Positions 1 through 9,291 of a stretch of 64,000 nucleotides of DNA are shown piece after piece; the stretch's first letter is position 1, and each line of letters begins with the position of its first letter. The translations under genes were made by a program, and so were the position numbers. The stretch lies in contig CAVSGI010000027.1 of NCBI GenBank assembly GCA_963727445.1, positions 160,001 through 224,000 of the forward strand. The letters run 5' to 3'. The notes beneath the pieces are model-generated. The model made no database searches. It saw only the letters and a list, made by a program, of their open reading frames with translations, and was not told the DNA's origin. Origin of the DNA: an uncultured delta proteobacterium (GTDB lineage Bacteria; Myxococcota_A; Polyangia; Polyangiales; B10-G4).

Positions 1-1797
1 GCGCTCCGGGTTCTCCGGATCCTGCCTCGAGCACCATCTGCCAGAGGTCGATGCAGATCTCGGGCTTGCGCAGGCGCTGCGGTCGCCAGCTGCGCCATCT
101 CCACGTAGCGCAAGCGGCCGATCGTCCTCGTCGAGGAGCGTCGGTCTCCGCGCTGTCATCACGTTGATGAGGCTCTCCCAATCGCGCCGCTTCTCGTACA
201 TCTCCTTGAGGCGGGTCGATCGCCTCGATGTTGCGCGGGTCGTGCTCCATCACCGACTTCGAAGCACTTGATCGCCTCGGCCTGGTTGGAGGAGCGGTCG
301 ATGTACATGCGTGCCGGCCTCGGTGTAGAGCTCCACCTTCTGCGCCGGGTCGACGACGATCTCCGCCTTCTTGACGAGGGTGCGGATGTAGTCGGACCAA
401 CGCTTTTTGCCCTCGTACTCTTCGAGCTTCGCGTCGAGCTCGGCGATCTCCGCCTGCTCTTCGTCGGTGAGATCGCGGCTCGGGCCGATGTCGATGGGCG
501 CGGGCGGCGCGTCCTCCATCACCGCGGCCGAGGGCTCCGGCTCTTCTTCGACGACCTCGAGCTGCGGCTCGTCGCTCTCTTCTTCCACGACCTCGAGCTG
601 CGGCTCGTCGCTCTCTTCTTCGACGACCTCGAGCTGCGGCTCGTCGCTCTCTTCTTCCACGACCTCGAGCTGCGGCTCGTCCTCCGCCCCGCCCTCGAGC
701 TCCGAAAGGAACTGCTCGACGCCGGGATGCTCGGGTGCCTTCTGCTTGAGCAGCATCGCGTAGCGCGACGCCCGCTGTACGTCGGAGAGCTTGCGCCAGG
801 CGAGCTCCGTCGCCTCCGCGAGGAGCCAGAGCTCCGCCGCCTCGGCCACGCCGTTGGCCAGCTCGAGCGCCGTGTCCAGCCGATTCAGCGCTTCCTCGGC
901 GTCGTCGAGCTGCTCCCAGTACACGCCGAGCGCGACGTGAGGCGCGACGGTCGAGGGATCCGACTCGGCCGCGACCTGAAGGAGCGACGCCGCGACGTCG
1001 GAATCCTGGAAGCGGTTGAGCCAGCGCGCGGCGGCGTCAGTCGCCCAACGCCCGCGCTCACGCGCATCCTCGATCGTGTCGAGGAAGCGATGATGAAAAT
1101 CCTTGAGGCCTTCGAAGTCGCCCTGCGAGGCGAACCACGAATCCATCATGGCATTGGCCTCGACGGCCGTCGGCACCGCGCGGAGCGCGGCCTCGAGGAA
1201 CGCGCGCTGGCCCGCATCGCCGAGACGCTTGGCGATGCGCGCCGCGCGTACGAGCTGGCTCATCGCGGCGAAGCCAGTGCCGCTCGCGCCTTCCTGCGCG
1301 AGCAGCATCATGCGCTCCTGCGCATCGCTCTCGCTCGAGTCGATGTCGTCCATCGAGCCCTGCGCCGCAGCGTTGCCGGGCTGCAGATTCAGCGCGTTCG
1401 CATAGGACGCCTTGGCGCGGTCGTACTCGCCGAGCTCTTGCATGACGTCGCCGAGCTCGTTGAGCATGTCCGCGGCCAGGACGGCCTCGTCGGTGACCCC
1501 GAGCTCGCGCTCGAGAGACCCCGCCACCTGCTGCAGCATGCCGAGAGAGCGGTGGATGAAACGAGCCCGCCTGAGCGCGTCGGTGCGGGTCGGATCGAGA
1601 TCGACCGCCTGGGTGAAGAGGTTCGCCGCTTCGACCTTGCGCAGGAAGGTGTCTTCCAGGAGCTCCGCGTGGGCCACCAGGGCCTCCACGCGCTCCTGAT
1701 CCGACTCCGCCCCGCTCACCGCCTGGGTGAGGAGCTCATCAACCGCTCGGAAGCTCCCGAGCTTCTTCAGCTCGTCCAAACGCTGTCGCCAATCCAT
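1..1797 (-). CDS. Large TPR-repeat protein, AgmK/GltI-like (5' part only; frameshifted near 310; runs off window edge)
   Basis: ORF 250-1797 is made of TPR-like helical repeats. After a shift near 310 the coding continues in other frames (MYIDRSSNQAEAIKCFE...RLKEMYEKRRDWESLINVM), typical of giant myxobacterial TPR proteins. Lies downstream of gltG on the same strand. Confidence 0.65.
541..681. repeat. Coding tandem repeat, 36-bp unit x ~3.9 (EPQLEVVEEESD)
   Basis: Unit ctcttcttc(g/c)acgacctcgagctgcggctcgtcgct starts at 541, 577, 613 and 649. Confidence 0.95.
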
Positions 1798-1888
1798 AGG
1801 TTGCGTCCCGCTCTCTTGGTTCTGTTTGCCCGCGTGGTGAAACTTCGTGTGCCGGGATCGGCGCGCCTGAGCGGCGCGCTCCCGCGTT

Positions 1889-2758
1889 TCAGTTCTCGCT
1901 CAGCTCGCCCAGACGATCCTGCGCGGCCTTCAGGTAGTGAGGCGGCGCATCCTGCCCGGCGACGTCGACGAACTTCTTGAGGTAGCGGCGCGCCTCTTCG
2001 CGCTCGTTCTGGAGCGAGTAGGTCCAGCCGAGGGAGAAGAGTGCGTCACGATTGCCTGGCTCGATCTCGAGCGCCGCACGGAACTCGTTGACCGCACCGT
2101 CGAAGTTGCGCTGCTGCTGATAGACCGTGCCGAGGAGGTGATGCACCGATGCCTCCTCGAGGGAGCCCGGCTGCGCCACCTGCAAGGCGCTCTGGAGCAC
2201 GGTCACCGCCTCGTCGAGATAGCCCAGGTCGGCGTAGAGCCGGCCGAGCTGCGAGTAGGCCTCGAGGAAGCGGGGCCCGTGCTCGATGGCGTTGGTGTAC
2301 TGCGTCAGGGCGTTCTGCTGGTCGTCCAGCCGCTCGTAGCACTGCGCGAGCTTGTAGTACGCCTTGAAGAGGTTCTCGTCCGCGGCGATGGCTGCTTCGA
2401 AGGCGGTCTTGGCCTCCTCCCACTGCTCCAGCTCCATCAGGACGGTGCCGAGCTTCTCGTGGTAGCCCGCCACCTCTCCATTGATGGTGATGGCGCGCTG
2501 GAGGTCGTCCTTCGCACGCTCCATCGCGTCCATCTCCATGTGGACCATGGCCAGGTTGTAATACGCCTGGTCGTTGGTCCCATCGATGGCGGTGGCACGC
2601 TCGAACTCTTCGACGGCTTTGATGTACTGTTTCTGCTGCGCGTACTGAACGCCGTCGTTCATGTGGTTCATGGACTCGACGCGGGCGCGCGAGCAGTCCC
2701 CTCCCACGCAGAAGAGGAACACGAGCACCCCGGCGAGGAGTGCATGGAGTCGCTTCAT
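1889..2758 (-). CDS. Exported TPR-repeat protein
   Basis: ATG at 2758 with AGGGAG upstream; hydrophobic N-terminus MKRLHALLAGVLVFLFC; several canonical TPR motifs (AYYNLAMVH, AYYKLAQCY, AYSQLGRLY). Confidence 0.85.
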   Translation of the reverse strand: MKRLHALLAGVLVFLFCVGGDCSRARVESMNHMNDGVQYAQQKQYIKAVEEFERATAIDGTNDQAYYNLAMVHMEMDAMERAKDDLQRAITINGEVAGYHEKLGTVLMELEQWEEAKTAFEAAIAADENLFKAYYKLAQCYERLDDQQNALTQYTNAIEHGPRFLEAYSQLGRLYADLGYLDEAVTVLQSALQVAQPGSLEEASVHHLLGTVYQQQRNFDGAVNEFRAALEIEPGNRDALFSLGWTYSLQNEREEARRYLKKFVDVAGQDAPPHYLKAAQDRLGELSEN

Positions 2759-2802
2759 CAGGCTCTCCCTAACTCGTTGGTACTGCTCAATTTCGAGCCC
2801 GG

Positions 2803-2832
2803 ATAGTACCGAGGTTCGCCACGGTTCGTAAA
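2803..2832 (-). promoter_or_regulatory. Putative sigma70 promoter TTTACG-N18-TACTAT
   Basis: Read directly on the minus strand, about 45 bp upstream of the ATG at 2758. Confidence 0.5.
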
Positions 2833-2864
2833 CCGTGAACTTTTCGGGATTGCGGGAGGTTTCA

Positions 2865-2914
2865 CCCGTGCCCGCGCCCGTGCCCATGCCCGTGCCGGCC
2901 CCCTGCCCGACCCG
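2865..2914. repeat. Degenerate CCCGTG/CCCGCG hexamer tandem run
   Basis: cccgtg cccgcg cccgtg cccatg cccgtg ccggcc ccctgc ccgacccg in the intergenic gap. Confidence 0.6.
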
Positions 2915-2920
2915 AGAAAA

Positions 2921-4948
2921 TCAAGGCGCTGGCGGCGTCGCCGGCTCTGGCAGAGGCAGGCTCTGGGCGTCGATGTTCCGGTCGTTGCCCTCGAGGCTCA
3001 CGGCGTCCAGGACCGCCCCCTCTTCGAAGGGGGCGTCCTGGACGTTGATCCCGATCGGGTGGCCGGTGATCGCGCCGTCGCTGAGCGTCACGACGCCCCC
3101 GCGGGCGACCTGGACCCCCGCCAGGGCATCGTCCTCAAGGATGAAGCGCCCGACCGAGATACGGGCGGCGCGGGTGGCGATCCCGAAGCCCGCGCCAGGA
3201 CAGCCCGTGGCCGCGCAGTCGAAGGGCGAGGTCCGGGCGACGCGGAGATCCGTCACGTCGATCCGGGTCCCTTCGTCGAAAGCGATGAGCCCGGCTCCGC
3301 GATTCTCTTCGAGCTCCCCCCGTGCCAGGGTCACGGTCGCCCCCTGTATCGCTTCGATGCCCCGCCCGAAGAGTCCGTCGGCGGGCTGACCGCGGGTGTC
3401 CACCACCCGTATGTCTTCCAGGGTCCCGACCGCCGCCTCGCCGAGGAAGATCCCGTCCATCTCGTTGCGCTCGAGGCGCCCCCGGCGAAGCGTCAGATCG
3501 GTCCCCAGATCGGCCAGCACCCCGGCGCCCCCCACTCCGTCGCCGGTCTGAGCGTGGGTGTCGCTGATGACCACGTCCGCGAGGTCGAGGCGGGCGCCGT
3601 CGAAGCCGCCGACGCCCGCGCTGTGGTTGCCCGAGAGCCATGCCCGCCGGAGCACGAGCTCGCCGCCCATCGTCGCGAAGGCGCCGGCGCCCCCGCCGCC
3701 ATCGGAATCGCGCGGGCGCGTGTCGACCAGGATCAGATCGTCGGCCGTGACCGAGGATCCGGACAGGTACGCGGAGAGCCCTGCGTGCTGATTGCCAGCG
3801 ACGAAGCCGCGCCGCAGCGTGGCCGTCGCGCCTTCCGCCACGAACACGCCGTGCCCGCCGCTCCCATCGCTGAGCTGGGCGCTCGTTCCCCGCACGACGA
3901 AGTCTTCGAGCGAGAGCGTGGTGTCCGCGTGGCCCGCGTTCACCCCCACCGACCGGCTCCCTTCGATCACCACCCGCGCGCCCATCACCTGCGCGCCGCC
4001 TCCCACCAGCATCCCGATCCCCTGCGTGTCGTCGCCGGACGGCTGGATGGCGCGGATGGCGACATCGGCGAGGTCGACCGTGGTTCCCGCCCCGCCGGCG
4101 AAGATGCCGATGCTGTGGTCCTCAATGATCAGACCGCGACGAAGGGTGAGCGCACCGCCGTTCTCGACGTTGATGCCATGCCCGAGGCTGCCGTCGACGT
4201 CGGCGCGCGTGGCGCGCACGACGAGGTCGTCGGCCTCGAGGCTCCCCTGCACCACCACGCCGACGATCCGCGCGTCATCCACCACCACCCCCTCTGCGAT
4301 CATCGAGCCGCCGGCGCGAACCCAGAGCCCCGGCCGACTGCCGCTCACCCGGAGGTTTTCGACGTGCACGTCGTTGCCGGAGGTATCGATCCGTCCGAGG
4401 CTCGAGAGCGTCGGGCTGTGCTCGCCGACCACGGTGGCGCGGGGGCAGGCGCCCCGCAGCGTCACCCCCGAAGGCAACCGCAACAGCTCGTCGTAGGTGC
4501 CGGTGTGAAGCGCGATGGTGGTGCCGGCCGCGGCGACATCCAGTGCATCGCCGATCGCGGCGAAAGGTGATGCGCGCGATCCATCCCCACCCGCAGCCGC
4601 CGCGACGTCGACGTACAACACGTCGCTCGTGGGTAGATCGGCGGGCCACCCATCCGCCGGACACGACGTGCCCACCGGCACACACCCCTCATCCCCCGGC
4701 ATCTGCGCCTGACCGATCTCGCACCCACGCGCGCCCATCGGAAAAGGCTCGCAGTAACTCACCTCGCCGAGGGGCGTCTCCAGCCAGCCGGGCGGACAAG
4801 CGAGGCTCGGAAGCGCCGGCGCCTCCGGCGGCGCGACCGCGAGCATCCCCCCATCGCCGCTCGCATCGGGCAACGCATCCCCCGAGCCGCCGTCGTCACC
4901 ACAAGCCGCGACGAACGAGAGCACGACGAGCGCGAACGTGCGAATCAC
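2921..4948 (-). CDS. Right-handed parallel beta-helix repeat lipoprotein (DUF1565-like N-terminal motif)
   Basis: GTG start at 4948 gives lipobox FVAAC; motif YVDVAAAAGGDGSRASPFAAIGDAL; repeated G-x-G-I/V beta-helix rungs. Confidence 0.8.
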   Translation of the reverse strand: MIRTFALVVLSFVAACGDDGGSGDALPDASGDGGMLAVAPPEAPALPSLACPPGWLETPLGEVSYCEPFPMGARGCEIGQAQMPGDEGCVPVGTSCPADGWPADLPTSDVLYVDVAAAAGGDGSRASPFAAIGDALDVAAAGTTIALHTGTYDELLRLPSGVTLRGACPRATVVGEHSPTLSSLGRIDTSGNDVHVENLRVSGSRPGLWVRAGGSMIAEGVVVDDARIVGVVVQGSLEADDLVVRATRADVDGSLGHGINVENGGALTLRRGLIIEDHSIGIFAGGAGTTVDLADVAIRAIQPSGDDTQGIGMLVGGGAQVMGARVVIEGSRSVGVNAGHADTTLSLEDFVVRGTSAQLSDGSGGHGVFVAEGATATLRRGFVAGNQHAGLSAYLSGSSVTADDLILVDTRPRDSDGGGGAGAFATMGGELVLRRAWLSGNHSAGVGGFDGARLDLADVVISDTHAQTGDGVGGAGVLADLGTDLTLRRGRLERNEMDGIFLGEAAVGTLEDIRVVDTRGQPADGLFGRGIEAIQGATVTLARGELEENRGAGLIAFDEGTRIDVTDLRVARTSPFDCAATGCPGAGFGIATRAARISVGRFILEDDALAGVQVARGGVVTLSDGAITGHPIGINVQDAPFEEGAVLDAVSLEGNDRNIDAQSLPLPEPATPPAP

Positions 4949-5330
4949 GGGACCAGATCTAACACGCCCAGTCGTGGTGCTCGTGATTGGCCCGTCAGTC
5001 CTCGTCGCGCGGCTCGATCTCGAGGTAGACCTCGATCTCCTGACGGGCCGTCTTCCGTTCCGAGTAGGGCGCGGCTGCGGAGACGCGAACGCACCCACGC
5101 CACACGGTCCGCTCAGAGCCGCGCGGCCGTCGCTGCGTCACGATCCCGCTCTTCCGGAAATTAGCGCGGAGCAGCCGCGCCCGCTGTCGAGACCGTCATC
5201 CCCATCTCATGCCCCCACCCACCACGCCGCACGAGTGCACTCCTCACTCACGGCTGATCCGTATCGGGACTACCAGCCCCGCTGTCATCCCAGCACGACT
5301 TCCACCACCACCACCAGACGCGACGACCCC

Positions 5331-5370
5331 AAAACGCAAGACGGGCCGCTAGCCAAAGCCAGCGACCCGT
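5331..5370 (-). terminator. Intrinsic terminator downstream of gltG
   Basis: Minus-strand hairpin ACGGGTCGCTGGC-TTTG-GCTAGCGGCCCGT followed by CTTGCGTTTT. Confidence 0.65.
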
Positions 5371-5403
5371 TCGCATCACACGGCGCCGAAGCGCCCTACC
5401 CGT

Positions 5404-7479
5404 TCACCCACCCGATGCAGTGAGCATGAAGGGATAGTTGACGACGACGATACCGCCGCCTTCCGGTGCCGGGAACGACCACCGCCGGACCGCCTGTGCG
5501 ATGCAGCTCTCGACGCGGGCGTTGCCCATGGTGCTGTTCGCCACCGCCGAGCGTCTGCACGGCGCCGGTGGGCGAGATGATGAAGGAGACAGTCACACGA
5601 CCCTCGAGGTCGGGACGCTGGTTGAGCTCCTGCTCGTAGCAGAACCGGACCTCGTTGATGTGGCGCCGAATGACGCGCCGAATGACTTCCTTCGACAGCG
5701 AGCCGCGGACGTCGGCCGCACCCGAGCGGATGCGCGGGACGCGCGCCGTGCGGCCACCGAAGCCACCCGCGCCGCGGCCGTAACCGGAGCCGGTGCCGCC
5801 ACCACCGCCGTGACCGATGGTCCCGAGGTTGCCGAGACCGATGGTGCCTTCGCCGGTACCACCGCCACCGCGACCCGTGCCGCGCAGACCCAGACCGCCG
5901 AAGCCGAAGTTCTCACCGATCTGGTCACCCATCAGCGCACCGAGCGCGCTCATCGGGTCGCTGCCGAGCGCCGTGTCGCGACCGAAGGGCGACGTCGGCG
6001 AGTTCCACGCACCGGTCGTCTGCTGAAGGACACCGAGAATACCGGCGGTACGCGCCTGCTCGCGGGCCTCTTCGCGGGCCATGTGCGGGTCTTCGTTGTC
6101 CTGAGGACCCTCGATACCGTAGCGGTTCGTGGTCTTCTTGGACTCCTTCTTACCCATCTGGCCTTCTTCGCCCTTGTGGCGCTTGCCCTTGCCGCCCTCC
6201 TGGTCGTCCATGTTCTGGTCCTGGAGCCATTCGGGGGTCTCTTCTTCCTGCGTCTCGGGCGGCTCCATCAGGTACTGGACCAGTCGTGAGTCGGCGCTGA
6301 CAGGAGCTCGAGGCTCAGGCCTGCGCTCGAGGGCGGCAGGAAGTAGAACATGATGAGGATCGACGCGAAGAACGCGAGCGAGCCACCGATGTAGATGAGC
6401 GGCGTCCAGTCGACCGCCAGGCCTCCGCCGACGCGCTTGCCGGCCGCGACCTGCTTCACGATGAAGGTGAAGCCCTTGTACTGGACCTTTGCCGTCGCAC
6501 CCGCCGGGAGCGGGTACTGCTGGGCGCCTGCGAGCTCGCTGCACGCCTGGGTCTTGCCGCTCGATGCGAGGTCCGCGAGAGACATCGTCTGCTCGCCGAC
6601 CGTGACGTCACCGGTCGCGCCATCGGGGATGACGACCGCGACACCACCGCCGGCCTCGACGACCACCGGGAGGCGATCCGTTCCGAGAACCTCGGCGCCG
6701 ACGAGATACTGAACGCCGGACAGCTGTCCCTTATCGTTCAGCGCATCGCCGACGTAGAAGGAGCGCGGCGGCGACAGGTCCTCGACGTGCAGGACGCTGG
6801 TGTCACCCCACATGACGACCACTTCGACCGCCGCAGCACCGGTCTCGACCTCGTCGGGTCGGACGGGCGGGCCGCTAGCGACGATCCCGTACTGGGCATC
6901 GCCACTGACCTCCGCCCCATCGCCCTCGCCTGGCGCCGCCACCGGCGGCGCGAACGGGTTGGGCACGCCGCCCGCGGGCGCCGCGAAGGGATTCGCGATC
7001 GCCGCAGGTGCCGCGGGCACCGGGGGCGCCGCCGCAGGCGTCGGAGGCGCTGCGGGGGGCGCCGGGCGTGCGGACGCCGGCGCGGGAGCCGGCGGCGCGG
7101 GGGGCTCCGAGACGCCCGCCGGCGGAGCCGCGACCTGGGTCGCTTCCTCACCGGCTTCGGCCGCCGCGATCTCGACGGCGACCCGCGTGTCGCCGAGCTG
7201 GATCTCGTCACCGCTTTCCAGCTTGCACTTGTTGACCTTCTTGCCGTTGACGATGGTCCCCGAGGCCGAGCCGAGATCGATGATGAAGATCTCGTCCGGG
7301 CCGGTGACCTCGATCACGGCATGCATCCGCGACACGTTGTCGTCGTCGATGCGCAGGTGGCTGGAAGGAAGCTTCCCCACCTTGATGATGTCCTGAGCGA
7401 GGGTCTCCGTGCGAAGGAGCTCCTCCCCCTTGTAGATATTGAAGGTCATCGGGACCTTCGCGTTGCCCTGCGACACCAT
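5404..7479 (-). CDS. gltG: Gliding motility protein GltG/PglI (FHA - TM - TonB-C/AgmX-PglI C-terminal domain); frameshifts near 6300 and 5550
   Basis: N-terminal FHA (IKVGKLPSSHLRIDDDNVSRMHA...DLGSASGT), Pro-rich linker, TM helix, KRHKGEEGQMGK motif, Gly-rich segment, then IRRHINEVRFCYEQEL...CIAQAVRRWSFPAPEGGGIVVVNYPF and TGA at 5404-5406. Confidence 0.85.
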
Positions 7480-7544
7480 CTACCTCCACCCCGCGACCCG
7501 GAGGTCGCGGTTTCCACTCGGTCCTAAACGATACTCGCGGGAGC

Positions 7545-7808
7545 TTACAGGTCTTCGACCGACTTGAGCATTTCTGGAATGAAATGCTCTCGGATCCGAA
7601 TCAGAGAAGCACGGCTTCCCCGGCGCCTGACGTTGAGCATCTCACCGTCGGGACGCACGAGATCACCCGTGACCAGATCGTCCTCGAAGTCGTAGGTCGT
7701 GGTGTCACCACCACCACCGCCTCCAGCTTCTCCGCCTTCCTGCGCGAACACAGGGAGGGCGAACATCACTGAAGCTCCGAGAATCATCGCAAACAACATC
7801 TTCCTCAT
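7545..7808 (-). CDS. gltF: Gliding motility protein CglF/GltF
   Basis: Signal peptide followed by YDFEDDLVTGDLVRPDGE...SLIRIREHFIPEMLKSVEDL, the characteristic CglF motif; GGAGGA RBS; sits between gltE and gltG. Confidence 0.9.
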   Translation of the reverse strand: MRKMLFAMILGASVMFALPVFAQEGGEAGGGGGGDTTTYDFEDDLVTGDLVRPDGEMLNVRRRGSRASLIRIREHFIPEMLKSVEDL

Positions 7809-7844
7809 CGAATCCTCCAGCCAGCCACAAATCGGCCGCGCGTA

Positions 7845-7874
7845 AGTCTAACCGTTGGGATTGACTGGGGTCAA
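7845..7874 (-). promoter_or_regulatory. Putative internal sigma70 promoter for gltF-gltG, TTGACC-N18-TAGACT
   Basis: Read directly in the gltE-gltF gap. Confidence 0.6.
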
Positions 7875-7956
7875 CGGACCCCGCGAGAGTCCGCCTTCCA
7901 CTCTCTTCGACAACGGCTTTTTGCGGAAGTTCCCAAACCCATGAAAAGGCGGATGG

Positions 7957-9291
7957 TCACTCGGCGTTTTGCTGCTGCTGCCGGGATCGGGCCTCCATCG
8001 CCGCGACCTCGCGCATGGCTTCGACCGCGGTCTCGATGTTCTGGATCCGGCCCGGGCGGCAGTCCGTGGAGCGGCGACGACGGCGTCCCCGCCCGCTGCT
8101 CTGCTGGACGCGGCAGCGGCGGCGCACCGCCTCCACCGCTTCGGCGAACTGCTCGTTCGAGCCCGCCTTGCTCATGAACTGCTCGTAGTACTGCTTGGCG
8201 CGGCCCAGCTGCTCCACCGTGCCGTCCATGTAGTCCTGATAGAGCAGGCCGAGGTTGAAGTATGCCTCGGGGCGCGCGGCGTCGATCTCGATCGCCCGCT
8301 CGTACTCGGCCTTGGCGCGATCCATCTGACGCAGCCCGCGAAGCGCGGCGCCGAGCCCGATGTGCGCGTCGTAGTTGTTCGGCTGAAGCTCCACCGCGCG
8401 CGCGAACGCGTTCTTGGCGTCCTCGTAACCGCGGAACGAGATGGTGATCTCGCCGAAGTTCATGTGTGCCTCGAACATGTTGTTGTCGAGATTGGTCGCG
8501 CGCTGGAAGAGCTGCAGCGCCTCGATGATGTTGTCCTGGCGGACGTTGACCAGGCCCCACGTGTTGTAGATGGGGGCGTAGTCGCGATCGAGGAGCTGCG
8601 CCTGGCGGCAGACGACGCCGGCCAGATCGAGCATCTGCTGGTTGTCCGCGTCCTCGGCCAGGTCGAGGTAGAGCAGCGCCATCTGGTTGAACGCCGGCAG
8701 ATAGTTGGCGTCGATGGCGAGCGCACGGCGGAGGTTGTTCAGCGCTTCGCGGACGTCGTTGCCGCCGCGATTGCGCTGGATCATCGCCAGGTTGACGTAG
8801 GCTTCGGTACATCGCGTGTCGTCTCGGAGCGCCTGGCGGAAGGTCTGCTCCGCCTGCTGGGTCTGCCCCGCTGCAAGCTGGAACGTTCCGATCGCGGAGC
8901 GCGCCTTGCAGAATTCGGAGTTCGTTTCGAGGGCGCGCTCGTAGTAGCCACGCGCCGTGTCGTCGTCGTTGCAGCGTTGAGCGATGACGCCGCGCATGTA
9001 GATCGCCTCGGTGAAATTGCCGCCCTGGGCGTCGTTCGCGCTCTCGAACGCACTGTCTACACCCGAGCAGGTCTCTCCATTCCACCCATGCTGACCGTCC
9101 ACCTGCTGAAAGCGCTCGAGGGCGGAAACCCAGCGATTGTGGGCCTCCTCCGTCACGGCGGTGCCGCCGGCGGTGGTGATGGTGTTTCCGTGCTCGTCGG
9201 TCGCCGCGGTGGTGGAAGAACCTCCACCGCAAGCCGAAGCCGCCAGCGCGAACGCCGCAAAGAGGATCCCGTGTTTCATCATGGTCTCCAT
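7957..9291 (-). CDS. gltE: Gliding motility TPR lipoprotein GltE/AglT
   Basis: Lipobox AASAC and TPR repeats; the start overlaps the gltD stop (TGATG at 9289-9293); position between gltD and gltF. Confidence 0.8.
   Translation of the reverse strand: METMMKHGILFAAFALAASACGGGSSTTAATDEHGNTITTAGGTAVTEEAHNRWVSALERFQQVDGQHGWNGETCSGVDSAFESANDAQGGNFTEAIYMRGVIAQRCNDDDTARGYYERALETNSEFCKARSAIGTFQLAAGQTQQAEQTFRQALRDDTRCTEAYVNLAMIQRNRGGNDVREALNNLRRALAIDANYLPAFNQMALLYLDLAEDADNQQMLDLAGVVCRQAQLLDRDYAPIYNTWGLVNVRQDNIIEALQLFQRATNLDNNMFEAHMNFGEITISFRGYEDAKNAFARAVELQPNNYDAHIGLGAALRGLRQMDRAKAEYERAIEIDAARPEAYFNLGLLYQDYMDGTVEQLGRAKQYYEQFMSKAGSNEQFAEAVEAVRRRCRVQQSSGRGRRRRRSTDCRPGRIQNIETAVEAMREVAAMEARSRQQQQNAE

Noticed and set aside
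541..681. Possible CRISPR array (36-bp repeats)
   Set aside because: No spacers; it is an in-frame coding tandem repeat.
268..1980. Long antisense ORFs such as 268-1980, 7969-9396, 47477-49525 and 49867-51354
   Set aside because: Typical stop-poor shadow frames of high-GC genes, with no recognisable motifs.
4995..5180. Short minus-strand frame ending ...YSERKTARQEIEVYLEIEPRDED*
   Set aside because: It could be a gene remnant, but it is under 60 aa with no convincing start or RBS and no recognisable family.
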